Shown here piece after piece: positions 27,990-41,338 of a stretch of 64,000 bases of DNA; positions within the stretch are counted from its first letter, which is position 1; each line of letters begins with the position of its first letter. The notes beneath the pieces are model-generated. The model was not told the DNA's origin. It ran no database searches and was given only the letters and a program-made list of their open reading frames with translations. Location: assembly GCF_020745735.1 (NCBI RefSeq), contig NC_083419.1:2976001-3040000 (forward strand). The letters run 5' to 3'. A program made the position numbers and the translations under genes. The stretch is from Hemiscyllium ocellatum (taxonomy: Eukaryota).

Positions 27990-28290
27990 AAAGACATGGT
28001 GTGGATGATGGTGTACCAGGACAGGAATGGGAACCTGTCCAATGCAGCACAGTCCAAGAGAAAGGGATCGGAGATAAACACTTGCAGCTTGACCAACTTG
28101 AAGGCAGACTGTCTGAGCTTGCGTCTCAGTTGGAGTGATCATGGAGCATCAGGGAGTAGATGGGTTCTTCCAGAAGGCAGTCAGAACAGAGAAGCAACGC
28201 TGAGAAACAGGAGAATGTGACAGATGGTCAGGCAGGGAAGCACGAACAGGATGTAGTGATGAAGGAGCTGCAGCCCCGGACTTTGATGGA
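27990..28290 (+). mobile_element. Possible decayed CR1 ORF1 fragment
   Basis: Weak resemblance only (QDVVMKELQP) to shark CR1 ORF1 as I recall it. Confidence 0.3.
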
Positions 28291-29329
28291 TTTGTTACCC
28301 GAATAGACAATGAGCTTAATGAGCAGAGCTTCCTTCGTGCAGCATGGCTTTCATATGGACAGACAGTGAAGAGGAATGTGACACTACAGGAGATAATGTA
28401 AGCAGAAGGTAGGAAGTGGACCCACTAGCTATGTCTGGGAACTCTACAGGTTCCAGTCTGAGTGTTAGGGTCATGGTGTGATATGGGAGGATCAAACTGT
28501 TACAGAAACACAAAGAAGGAACAGAAGGTGACCATTTGACCCATCAAGCCTGTTCTGTGCCTCAGGTAAGGGGAGGGGTTGAGAAGGAGTGTCCGTTATG
28601 ATAAGTCCAGCCAGTGTGGGAACTGAACCCATTAGGTTCGCATCACTAACCAGCCATCCAACCAATGGCATCACAGTCCCAGAACAAGGAGTCCACAATT
28701 TAGAATTGAGGTGAGGAAATGTGCCTTCACTCAAAGGGCTGAGAATTTTGAGAATTTTCTGCCCCAGAAAACTGCAGATGCTCAGATGTTCAGTCATTCA
28801 ACAGAATTCCTACAGATTTTTGGATACGAGGGAATTAAGGGGTTTAGGGAGAGCAGAGTTGAGGCAACAGATCAGCCACGATCTTATTGAACATTCCTGC
28901 AGGATTGAAGGGACAAATACACATTGACTTGCCATTGATATTTGTCATTCCAATTCTTCACCAATGTATTCAGAAAAGAAAGGGTTCCTGTTAATCCAAG
29001 GCAATCTAAGTGTCTCCTACCATCTGCCTCACTGTTAGTGGGAAGATATTACATAAGATGGGGAGTTTCGGTCTCTCTTATTAAGTGAGGTTATCAGGAT
29101 TTAGAATCCAAACTTCAAAGTCGGGACAGAATGTCCGAGTCAAAATGGGGACCGATTAGATTCCCATGGCCCAACAGTTATCCCTCAGTCTGTTGCTTGG
29201 CTGTAACCAGAAAACCATGCTTGGTCCCAGAGTTAGATCATTACTTTGTGAGACAAGATGAAGTAACTGACAGCTCAGTTTACTGCTCATTATTAATACA
29301 TTTGAAGTCAATTGAAAGAAATGTAAAAC

Positions 29330-30300
29330 CAGCTGCTGATTCAACTCTCACCCCTTGAGATCCCTATCTCGCTTCGACAGGTTCCAGGACATCTCTGTAG
29401 GAGTTCCTCAGAGGAGTGTCATAGGCCCAACCATCTTCAGCTGCTTCACCAATGGCCTTCCCCACCTCTGACCTTCCGATTGAGGGATGTTCGCTGATGA
29501 TTCTATCACATTCAGCACCATTTGCAGCTCCTCAGATACTGAAGCAGTCCGTGCCCAAATCAAACATGAGCTGTGCAACATTCACTTGGCTGTCAAGTGG
29601 CAAGTAACACTGGCACCACACAAATGCCAGGCAATGACCATCTCCAACAGAGAGAGAGAGTAACTATCTACAAGGCTCCATCTTGTGCCTTGTAGATGGT
29701 GGATTGGCTTTAAGTCGTCAGGAAGTGAAGGATTCCTATTCTCTGATCTGGTCTTGTACTGACTATTTGTTTGACTAGTTCAATTGAATTTCTGGTCAAT
29801 AGTAATCCCACTGATGTTGATTGCAGCGGATTCAATAATGGTAATGTCGTAGAATGTGTCACAGAGTGATAGTTACCCTCTCTCTCTGTTGGAGATGGTC
29901 ATTGCCTGGCATTTGTGTGGTGCCAGTGTTACTTGCCACTTGACAGCCAAGTGAATGCTGCACAGCTCATGTTTGATTTGGGCACGGACTGCTTCAGTAT
30001 CTGAGGAGCTGCAAATGGTGCTGAATGTGATACAATCATCAGTGAACATCCTCACCTCTGACCTCTGATTGAGGGAAGGCCATTGGTGAAGCAGCTGAAG
30101 ATGGAGTGAGTTAAAAGACTCCCCACTTGCCTGGATGGGAGCAGCTCCAACAACACTCAAGCAGCTCGGCACCATCCTGGACAAAGCAGCCGCTTGATTG
30201 GCACCACATCCACAAACACCCCCTCCCTCCACCACCAAGGCTCAGCAGCAGCAGAGTATACCATCTTCAAGGTGCACTGCAGAAATTCACCAAAATATAG
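29330..30300. mobile_element. Rearranged LINE fragment containing a ~237-bp inverted duplication
   Basis: RT remnants (GVPQ..V.GP.IFS; MFADD). Arms at 29431-29668 and 29868-30104. Confidence 0.88.
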
Positions 30301-32844
30301 ATACATAGAAAACAGGAGTAAGACCTGAGTCTGCCCTACCATTCAGCAGTATCCTGGCTAATCATCTGTCTCAAACCATGCTGCCACCTTCCCCCCATAA
30401 CCCCTTGATGCTTTGAAAATCCAAACATTTATCCATCTCTTTGTTGAATATATTCAGTGACTTGGTCTCCATAGATTCCTGTGGTAGTGAATTCCACCAG
30501 TTCACTACCCTCCCAGTGAAGAAATCTTTCATCTCAGTCCTGATGAAGCAATAATGCAGACCCAGCTAGTAACACCCATGACCATGAATGAGTTAATAAA
30601 ATGCCTGACCTCATATCCTGAGACGATGTCCCTTGGCTCTCTCCCTGCAGCTAGTCTGTCAACCTTCTAGAATTCATACAGCATCTTCCAAACCACCTCC
30701 ACAACCATCTTGATGGTCAAGAGCAGCAGATACACACGTACACCACCCCCTATAAGTTTTCCTCCAAGTCACTCACCATCCTGACTTGGAAATATATCGC
30801 CGTTCCTTCAGTGTTACGAGATCAAAATCCTGGAATTCCCTCCCTAAGGGCATTGTGGGTCTACCTACAGCACATGGACTGCAGCGGGTCAGGAAGGCAG
30901 CTTAGCACTACATTCTTCAGGGATGGGCAAAGACATTCGGATAACCGAAGTAAATTATTAAAAAATGTCAAAATAAAGCCTTCACCTGTAAGAGTAGTAG
31001 TGAATAGAATTACAGACAGAAACATAAGTAATGTCAGCACAGCTTCCTAACAATACATACAATGTCCCTGAGATGCCCCACTGCAGACTGACTCAATTTC
31101 TCAGTGCATCCTTAATTTGTGCTTAATTATATTCCCTTGTCAATTACTGAGCCCTGAGCCAAAGGATTAAAATAGGCTTTTTCTTAAAACCTCCAACAGT
31201 AATCCTTTGGGAAAATATCCTGCTTGGCTCCACTGAACCCTGCAGGCTGTAGATCCAGCTTGAACTGAACAATCATGTTATCCCAGGAGCAACAAACACA
31301 ATATTACACAAATTGCATCCCAGCCAAGTTTGGTCACATTAGCATGACAGCATCTTTTAGCTATGCAAATATGGCACTATTGCAACGACACGACCGAATA
31401 ACCAATGTGTTAATGTCACATCACTCCTCAGGTTACCCTTTGTTGCTAAGGGCGGTGACTCTGCAAATAGTTTAAGGAGAGGGTGGTGGCTGCAAACCAG
31501 ACTATCAGCCCAGGAGGCTGCTTCAGTTTCACTGCTGTATCTCATGATTATATTTCAGTTAGGCACCCCAGTGCTAATCTGGATACACGTCCAAGATGGA
31601 AAGCAGAGAGTTGCTTGCACTACTCACAGTCCCCTCCCATTTTAAATCCCTCCACAGTACCAAGGCCAAATTCCTAGGGAAACCTGGCACATTGCACTTA
31701 CTTTGTGGAAGAGGTTGGGGTGTGTAGGAGATGTAGGGGATAGGGACTGCAGCCTGAAGGAGAGGAGCCAGCAAGGCTTCGGGAGAGAATTCCAAAGTTG
31801 AGGACCATTGCAGCTGAAGTGCAGAATAAATTTAAACAACTTCCTTCAGTGCATGTCACAACATCAAAAGGACTGGGAATTTATGTTATGTCCAAGGCCA
31901 TAACAAATATAGTTGCTTAACCAGCCAATAACTCAATCCAAAGAAACAGAAGCCAGCGAAGAGACTCTCCTGTACGTGCTCGCCTACCAGCGAAACCCTC
32001 ATCCAATGAATGAATAATGAACAAATAGCTATTTAATCAGAGAGACTGAGAAGACAAGATCAACATTTGTCAGCTTCAAAAATTTAAAGATTGCATGTGA
32101 CAGTGACCAGACAGTGACTCTAGAACCAGGGATTTCCTCCAGGTGCTCCAGTTTCCTCCCACAGTCCAAAGATGTGCAGCCCAGGTGAATTAGCCATACC
32201 AAATTGCCCATAGCATTAGGTGCATGAGTCAGAAGGAAATGGATGGGTGGGTCACTCTTACGAGGGTCAGTGTGGACTGGTTGGGCCGAAGGGCCTGTTT
32301 CCACACTGCAAGGAATCTAATCTAATCTAAATCACTCAGCTCAAGACACAGGGCTGGTCATTTAAGAGTGAGATGAGGAGGAATTTCTTCACCCAGAGGA
32401 TGATGAACTTTTAGAATTCTCTGAGAAAGTTCTGGAAGCTCAATCACAGAGATCGATGGCTGTATCATCATCTGGAAACTACAAGGTGTCAGTACAGACA
32501 GTTGATCGCTTTCTGGAGACTAATGACATGAAGGGAATATGGGAATGTGATGGGAGGGTCAGAGTGAAAGTAGAGGTAGACCACCAGCCACGATCAGTCT
32601 GAAGGCAGAGCTGGTCAATGGGCTGAATGACCTCCTTCTGCTCTGACTTCCATGTTCTACAGACTAGGTACAGTTTTGGTCTCCTGACCAGAGGAAGGAT
32701 GAACTTGCCAATGAGGGAGCTCAAGCTTAATTAGACTGATTCCTGGACTGAGTAAATGACCCTGCCAGTGGAGATTAATCAGACCACGCCTGTATTCCTG
32801 ACAGTTTTGAAGAATAAGATGTGATCTTGTTGAAATATATCAGA

Positions 32845-34860
32845 CTCAGACATTTGCAGCACTAAAGGAAGCCATTGGACCCAACCCGTCCATGCCAGTC
32901 AAAGATTTGACCAGACTAACCCCATTTTTCAGTTCTTGAGCCTTAGCCTGAGGCGCCATGGCAATGCAAGCAAATATCTGCTTAAATATTACAGGAATTC
33001 CTGATTCAAGTACCCTTTCAGACAGTGTGGTCCAGACTCCCACCACTTCGAGGTGAACCAGATTCTCAACTTACACTTAGCCTCCCATCTCTTATCCAAA
33101 ATCAATGCCTCCATTACTGAGCACTCTCCTAATGAAGAAAGGTGCCTTACTATCCACACTGTCTATGCCCCTCATAATCTTACATAGCTCTATCAGATCT
33201 GCCCTCAACCGTCACTGCTCCAAGTGAAATAACTCCAGCCTATCCAATATGTCCTCACAGCTGAGATCCTGCAGCCCAGACAACATCCTGGTAAATCTCC
33301 TCTGCACCCCCTCCAGTGTAATCACAGCCTTCCTATAATATGGTGACCGGAACTGCACAGAATACTCCAACTGTTGATGAAGTCATATTATCTACAGCTC
33401 CATCATAAACTGCTTGCTCTTGTATTCTAGGATTTGACTAATAAAGAGCAGTTTCTCATTTGCCTCCTTAATCACTCACCTACCTGCTCGGTTACCTTCA
33501 GAGATCTGTGGATATGCCTCTGAGCTTCGGTACTTCTGAGTTGTACTAGTCACACTGTAGTCCTTTGCCTTGCTCGCCCTCCCAAGGACATTACCTCTCA
33601 ATTTTGTCTTGGATCCCACGGGTTCTCAACTTTGTTGACCAGTTTGCCAGGAGGGATTTAATAAAAAGCTCTACAGAATTCCACATGCAAAATTAAATCA
33701 TTCCCCTCCTACACATCCTGTTAGCTCTTCAAAATTTGTTTTCAAAGTTTTGAAATGTTACCTTCCCTCAACAAGCCCAAGCTGAATTTCCTTAAATAAT
33801 GTTTTCCTTCAAGCGCTAATATAATCTGTTGCTCAGAATTCTTTATAATAACATCCCCACCACTGAGGTTAGAATCTGGGCTATTAACTCCTGGTCTATT
33901 CTTTGCTCCACTTCTTTTAGTGATGACATGATGTGAGCAGTTTCCACATCTGTGGCCAGAATGAATGCCGAGGTCCCTTGTATCTTTTCTGTTGAATCCC
34001 TCAACTGCCTGGGAGACATCACATCTGGGCCTGTGGGTTTATCCATCGTGAAGGCTGCTGAACCCTCTAGTGGCTCTTCACTCTCTGTTAATCTCTTCTA
34101 ATCTCTCTCTCAGTCCTCCTTCCTGATGCCTATCCCTGTGTCCATTGTGAATTCCGACACAGTATTCACTGAAGACTGTGCTGATATGTTCCTGGTCCCC
34201 ACACACATTCTCTCTGCGAGACCTAATGGACCATACTCTTTGCCTCCTCATTCTCTTGCTCTTTATAGTTTTAAGATACTCCTTTGGGTTTTTCCTAAAT
34301 CTACCCATGAATGCTTTCTCATGTATTCTCTTTCCTTTTAAGTATTCCCACTGCACTTTTATAATCCTCTCGGGACTGTGCTGCATTGAGCCATCAGTAT
34401 CTGCCAGAATTTATTTTATTTTATTAATCCTAACCTTTCTGTCCCTTGGCACCCAGGCTTCTCTGCTTCTGGTTTTACCCTTTGCTCTGTACTCTTGGTC
34501 TTTCCTCCAACACTCTTGCATCTGCAAGTAGCTGCTCCCAATCTACTTGATCTTATCTCAGTCAAATTAGCCTTCCCCCAGTTTAGAACACTTATTCCCA
34601 GCCAATCCTCATTCTTTGCTATAATGATCCTAAACAAAACAGAGTTATGGTCACCATCTCCAAAATGCACTCCCCTCCTGATCTGCTGCCCAAGCTCATT
34701 TCTGAAAGTTAGATTCAGAACTGTGCCTTCCTTTGTCCGGCTTTCTGATTCAAAGTTCTCCCGGATACAATTTAAGAACATGGTTTCCTCCTTATCTAAC
34801 ACACCAAAACCATCCCGGTTAATACTGGAGTAGTTAAAATCCCCTAGGACTGCCTTATTA
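32845..34860 (-). mobile_element. Old CR1-clade LINE (~2 kb, degenerate) nested in a + strand CR1 (32664-32844, resuming at about 35670-35960)
   Basis: Remnant ORFs with the endonuclease end (GDGDHNSV.F..), KNPK.Y...K, GPD.MSPRQL and the 3' end. Confidence 0.8.
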
Positions 34861-36528
34861 TTCTCTGAAATTTGGTGACAGTAGGAAAGGAAACTCTCAT
34901 CTCTTACATAGTCTGGCCTGCAAGTGACTCCAGACTCTCAGCAATTTCTCTAGAATTCCTACAGTAGTGGAAGTAGGCCATTCAACCCATTAAATCCACA
35001 AGGATCCTCTGAAGAGCATCCCACCCTATCCCTGTAACCCTGCATTTCCCATGGCCAATCCACCCTTCCCTGCGTATCATTGGACTGAGGGGAAAAACCA
35101 GAGGAGAACGTGCAAACTCCACACACTGTCCCAAGGCTGGAATCGAACTGGGTTCCTGGTGGTGTGAGGCAGCAGAGCTAACCACTGAGACACCGTGCCA
35201 ACCATGTCACTGACTCTCAACTGCCTTCTGGGCAATTAGCAATGGGCAGTAAACGCTGGCCTGGCTAGAGATGACCTCATCCTTTGAGTGAATTAAGATA
35301 GACTATTGGGGAGTCTATAACCGACAGCATGCTTGCTCCTTTTGAGTTTTTGATTCAGACTTGAATTACTTCATTTATTCAAGTTCCTGAGCTATCTTCT
35401 CTCCTCGCTGCTATGCCGTTGTAGGCCCCATTCTTCCTTCCCTCTCCATCTCATCAGAATACTCTACAACCAGGACTGATAAATGACCAGTCCTTCCCAG
35501 CCTTTCATTGACCCTAGCAACGATACCCTACTCCCACCAGCCTAGCTGTGCCCTCAGCTCACCAATTTTATTCTTCCGGTTCCCTGCATTAAAATACCTT
35601 CCATTTCGCTTTGCTCACCTCACTTCTCCCATGTGCCCCACCTCCCACAGTCACTTCAGATGATGACCAACTTTGACAGGGTGGATGCTGGAGCTATTTC
35701 CTGGTTGGGTAAATCTCAAATATTGAGTCACAGTCTCAAAATAAAACAGACATAAGGAGAAATATCTTCGCTGGATGTTGTGAAAACTGGAAAATTTCTG
35801 CTCCAGAGAGCTGGACATGCTCAGTTTACTCAGAGAATTTATTATACATGTTTGGATACTAAGCAAATCGAGGGCTATGTGAACAGTGCGGGAAAGTGAA
35901 GGGGAGGCACAATATGGTCTTACGAACAGCACGAGCATGCCTGATGGGTCAAATGGCCTGGCCTTGCTTCTAAATTCTTAATCTTGATCTTGCACAGGAA
36001 GTGGATCTCAGTACAAAGGCCAAATGTTAATCAATGCCGCCCCCTTCCTCCCCCCCCCAGCTGCCCTTGAACTTACTGCCTGCTACAGGGCAGCTCCAAG
36101 TTAATCAGGTTTCTGTGATCCTGCATTTTGATGTCGGCTAAAGCAAGCAAGGACAGCAGATTTACTTCCCTAAAAGGCACGGGTGAACCAACATTACTCA
36201 GAGAGGGCAGCAAGACAACATCAGATGATGGATATAGTTCTTGGATGATGTGACAAAGGGGAACGAACATTAGACACACGAGTCTCATCGTCTGCTCAGG
36301 TAATATTAAAGATTCCGTGAAATAGTTTTAAAGAGGACTGGATGGGAGGGTCTTCCATTTACCAGCCAACATTTATCCTCAAGGAACTCCATAACAACAG
36401 ATTACCTGCTCATCACTGCATCCTATTTAAAAGGAGCAAGCTCAGCACAACAGAATTATTTATTTGTCCTGTTCCTAAGTTGCAGTTTTAGTGCCAATTT
36501 GCAGTGGACTATCCGGGGACAGGGACTG

Positions 36529-36590
36529 GGTGTGCGTGTGTGTGGGGGTGTGTGTGTCTGTGTGTGTCTGTGTGTGTCTGTGTGTGTCTG
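36529..36590. repeat. (TG)n / (TGTGTGTGTC)n microsatellite
   Basis: Directly visible. Confidence 0.9.
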
Positions 36591-36919
36591 CTGGTGGTGG
36601 GGAGACATTGTTTGGTCAGAAGAGGAGGAGAAAGTGAATGAAAGAATCACTGCACCTACTCACACTGACAGAGCCTGTAGCCCCACTGCCGTGCAGTATC
36701 GTGGTACCCTGTCTGGTACAGGCAATGTACAACTCCCACACAAACCCACCAGGAGGGGCGACGCTCAAACAGACCACTGTCCACTCCAAATGAAACGTCA
36801 AGGTTGGTGCCAGTGTTATTATCACTGTTCCAAATGTAGATCCCTTTCATGGTGAACAAGGACAGCGAATTGAGAGCAAGTGATATTAACTGGAGCGTGT
36901 GCATAGAGTGCTCGAGTTT

Positions 36920-37051
36920 GAGTAAAAAGTGAGGTCTGCAGATGCTGGAGATCAGAGCTGAAAATGTGTTGCTGGTTAAAGCACAGCAGGTTAGGCAGCA
37001 TCCAAGGAACAGGAAATTCGACGTTTCAGGCCAGAGCCCTTCATCAGGCCC
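36920..37051 (-). mobile_element. Solo PLE pLTR end with hammerhead core, 11-bp TSD
   Basis: Minus strand CTGATGA-A-gggc tctg gcct-GAAAC-GTC. TSD tgctcgagttt at 36909-36919 and 37052-37062. Confidence 0.85.
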
Positions 37052-37453
37052 TGCTCGAGTTTTCCACAGACTGCAGTACACGTACTGCAGCGGTTCTATC
37101 CCATCTTCCCATCCCCCAGGTGAATTCTTAAAACAAAATGCCCCGATGGAAAGTCTTTGTTATTTGTTCATTAGTGAATGGGCGGAGTTGGTGGTGGGTT
37201 TAAAGTGCTTGGAGTCAAGGAAGTGGTTTCTGGAAACGTAAAGGATCATGAAGGTAAAGGTAAAACCTGGAGCCTGCACTGAACTATATATCAACAATAA
37301 ACCTGCTGTAACTCTCTGCTCTCACCTGATTCAGCACATCAGCTTATCAAACAATTTGAACTTTGACATTCTGGTGCTCACCAAACTCAGTTAATGCAGC
37401 CTGATGTAACCTGCTCAGGAAAAACAATGCCAGGGGAAAATTACCACCATACA

Positions 37454-37762
37454 TTTTTTTTTTAGATTAGATTTTACAGTGTTGGAACAGGCCCTTCGGC
37501 CCAACAAGTCCACACCGACCCGCCGAAGCGAAACCCACCCATACCCCTACATTTACCCCCTACCTAACACTACGGGCAATTTAGCATGGCCAATTCACCT
37601 GACCCGCACATCTTTGGACTGTGGGAGGAAACCGGAGCACCCGGAGGAAACCCACGCTGACACGGGGAGAATGTGCAAACTCCACACAGTCCGTCGCGTG
37701 AGTCGGGAATTGAACCCGGGTCTTCAGGCGCTGTGAGGCAGCAGTGCTAATCACTGTGCCAC
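37454..37762 (-). mobile_element. HE1-type SINE (young)
   Basis: Near-identical reverse complement of 14807-15095. Confidence 0.93.
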
Positions 37763-38712
37763 AGTCCCTTTAAAAGCTGGACATGGGCAATGCTGGCTTT
37801 AATCACGGATTGCGTCTCAAAACCAAAATTCAAATTTACTGCTACCTGGAAAAGGGGAACTTGAATCAGAGACTGGGGTACAATTTACCGAGTCCTGAAA
37901 TACTTGTGCAGGATGTGTGAGTGAGCAAAGACCACAACTATCTGAATTGCAGACTTCCAACTCTCCCTTTTGATAATCAGCCTCTGGCTAAATCCTGATG
38001 TTTGGAATCCTACGTGCAAATCTCCAAGAGGAACTTTAAACAGCCAAACAGAAAGTATATATTTTTTAAAATGGCTGTTTTGTGGGGAAAATGTAGTTGC
38101 TATAGGAAAGTTGGACCAAAGTAAAACCATTTTAAAAAGAGTTTCAACAACAAGAAACATTTATAAAAATTGTGAAAGGCGGTAAAAGGGAGACTTCATT
38201 TCCGCATTCGAGGGCAGATAATGAATCAGGACACGCCCAAGATATAAAGCTCAGGTTAATGTGAAATTAAAATTAAGAACTCAAAACAGAAAGCATTCAA
38301 CAAGTTAGCTTCTTCCCTCTCCTTCACATTGATGGAAACATCACGCTCAGAAAAATAATCTAACTTATAAAAAAAATTTCGAACAAGGGTTTGGATTTTT
38401 GCATTTCTCATTTCCCTCAATCACCAAACATTCCTTTCAGCCAAAATCCCGCAGTGGCAATTCTCCAAAAACCGTCAGATCCACTTGATTCAATTCAACC
38501 TATTTGCTGCTGTTCAAAAAATGATTCATTTCTGTAAAAATACTGGTCACGGAGAAAGTGCTCTTTCACGGAGGGAAGGTCATGCCTCAGTGGCAATGTC
38601 ACCAAGTTGGTAATCCAGAACCCTGGGCTATATTTCTGGTGACATAGGTTTGAACCCATGAATGGAGTATACCTGGAAAAAAACTAGCATAATGGTGAGC
38701 GTAACAAGTTTT

Positions 38713-40220
38713 GCTGGGCCTCTTGCTGAGATATTTGTATCGATAGTCACAGGTGAGGTGCCGGAAGACTGGAGGTTGGCAAACGTGGTGCCACTGTTTA
38801 AGAAGGGCGGTAAGGACAAGCCAGGGAACTATAGACCAGTGAGCCTGACCTCGGTGGTGGACAAGTTGTTGGAGGGAATCCTGAGGGACAGGATGTACAT
38901 GTATTTGGAAAGGCAAGGACTGATTCGAGATGGTCAACATGGCTTTGTGCATGGGAAAATCATGTCTCACAAACTTGATTGAGGTTTTTGAAGAAATAAA
39001 GAGGATTGATGAGGGCAGAGCAGCAGATGTGATCTATATGGACTTCAGTAAGGCATTCAACAAGATTCCCCATGGGAGACTGATTAGCAAGGTTAGATCT
39101 CATGGAATACAGGGAGAACTAGCCATTTGGATACAGAATTGGCTCAAAGGTAGAAGACAGAGAGTGGTGGTGGAGGGTTGTTTTTCAGACTGGAGGCCTG
39201 TGACCAGTGGAGTGCCACAAGGATCGGTGCTGGGTCCTCTACTTTTTGTCATTTACATAAATGATTTGGATGCGAGCATAAGACATACAGTTAGTAAGTT
39301 TGCAGATGACACCAAAATTGGAGGTGTAGTGGACAGCGAAGAAAGTTACCTCCGATTACAGTAGAAGCTGGACCAGCTGGGCCAATGGGCTGAGAAATGG
39401 CAGATGGAGTTTAATTTGGATAAATGCAAGGTGCTGCATTTTGGGAAAGCAAATCTTAGCAGGACTTATACACTTAATGGTAAGGTCCCAGGGAGTGTTG
39501 CTGAACAAAGAGACCTTGGAGAGCAAGTTCATAGATCCTTGAAAGTGGAATCACAGGTAGATAGGATAGTGAAGGAGGCATTTGGTATGCTTTCCTTTAT
39601 TGGTCAGAGTATTGAGTACAGGAGTTGGGAGGTCATGTTGCAGCTGTACAGGACATTGGTTAGGCCACTGTTGGAATATTGTGTGCAATTCTGGTCTCCT
39701 TCCTATCGGAAAGATGTTGTGAAACTTGAAATGGTTCAGAAAAGATTTACAAGGATGTTGCCAGGATTGGAGGATCTGAGCTACAGGGAGAGGCTGAACA
39801 GGCTGGGGCTGCTTTCCCTGCAGCGTCGGAGGCTGAAGGGTGACCTTATAGAAGTTTACAAAATTATGAGGGGCATGGATAGGATAAATAGACAAAGTTT
39901 TTTTTTCCCTGGGTTGAGGGAGTCCAGAACTAGAGGGCATAGGTTTAGGGTGAAAGGGGAAAGATATGAGAGACCCCTAAGGGACAACTTTTACATGCAG
40001 AGGGTGGTACGTGTATGGAATGAGCTGCCAGAGGATGTGGTGGAGGCTGGTACAATTACAGCATTTAGGAGGCATTTGGATAGGTATATGAATAGGAAGG
40101 GTTTGGAGGGATATGGGCCGGGTGCTGGCAGGTGGGACTAGATTGGGTTGGGATATCTGGTCTGCATGGACGGGTTGGACCGAAGGGTCTGTTTCTATGC
40201 TGTACATCTCTTGACTCTAT
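38713..40220 (+). mobile_element. HER1/CR1-type LINE, 1.5 kb, RT pseudogene, inserted into a SINE (head 38588-38700, remainder from 40221)
   Basis: ORFs 38662..38982 (PEDWRLANVVPLFKKG..PGNYRPVSLTS), 38930..39364 ([15 protein letters not shown]) and 39404..40141, with a frameshift and a stop. Confidence 0.96.
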
Positions 40221-40585
40221 GGTTCACTGACATTCTTGCAGTAAGGGAATCCAGAACCACAGGTTAACCAAGGAAACCTAAACACACAAATAGAAAAGTG
40301 GGTCACTAACACCAACACTTCACCTGAGACTCACTGATAATGTTACCCACTATGGTGATGAAACATCTGAAAATGAACCTTCCAGCTCAGCAAGCAAGTT
40401 TACATCCAGAACCTCAACCTGAACTACCTATCTTCTCAGGGCCTGTCTTTGTGCTGCACTGCACTGCCCAACTCTTAACTGACCCCCTGAGCAATTAGAG
40501 ACAGACAATAGATGTTGCTCCAGCCAGCAACATCTTTGATGCATGAAGAAATCCTACAGGGAAATCAAGTCTCTTCCAGGAGAGG

Positions 40586-40950
40586 CAGTTGGCAATGATG
40601 GTAATGCCACTAATAATGCAAAGGTCCAGGCTAATGCTCTGGGGGATGTGGGCTCAAATTTCATGACAGCTGATGGAGTTTAGATTCATGCAATAAATCT
40701 GGAACTGAAAGCAAATCTCAGCGATGGGGACTTAGAAGCTACATCAATTGTTGTAAAAACCAGCCTGGGTCACTAACGTCCCTTAAGGAATGAATCTGCT
40801 GTGCTTACCAGGTCAGGTCTACATGTGACCCCAGACCCACAGTAACATTGTCCACCTTGAACTGTCCTCTGAAATGGCCAGAGAACCTCAAAGGCAATGA
40901 GAGATGGGCAGCAAATGCCATGTCAGCAGTGCTCACATCACAGCAAGGAA
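40586..40950 (+). mobile_element. tRNA-derived SINE sharing its tail with the second LINE family; copies at 43330-43630, 3300-3480, 24840-25040, 26470-26570, 34880-35290
   Basis: Head ggtaatg.cact..taatccag...ggttcaaatcccacc, core ccttacctggtctggcctacatgtgactccagacccacagcaatgtggttga, tail gggatgggca. Confidence 0.8.
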
Positions 40951-41141
40951 CAGGACATTTCAACATGCCAAAGCTGCATTCTTCATGTTTTGAACCAAAT
41001 TCAGGAATCCTCTAAAACACAAGGTTTCAAACTGACACCTTCAAAACGGAACATGACTGTACACTGACAAAAAAAAAGCTGAGAGGCAAGGCTACGCTGC
41101 TGTGACTCAAACCGACATAACCAGACAGGGATAGCAGGCAG

Positions 41142-41338
41142 GTCAGGCAGCTTGAGGAGCAGGAAAATCGACGTTTCGGGCAAATGCCCTTCATCAGGAA
41201 TAGGGTCACTTCCTGAAGGGCTTTTGCCCGAAACATCGATTTTCCTGCTCCTCGGATGCTGCCTGAACTGCTGTGCTTTTCCAGCACCACTCTAATCTAG
41301 ACTCTGGTTTCCAGCATCTGCAGTCCTCCCTTTTGCCT
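41142..41338. mobile_element. PLE family-A palindromic insertion, 15-bp TSD
   Basis: Perfect TSD agggatagcaggcag at 41127-41141 and 41339-41353. Confidence 0.9.
41167..41201 (-). ncRNA. Hammerhead ribozyme motif with intact catalytic core (PAWR-sense strand)
   Basis: Minus strand attc-CTGATGA-A-GGGC ATTT GCCC-GAAA-C-GTC-gatt, with a GUC cleavage triplet. Confidence 0.78.
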
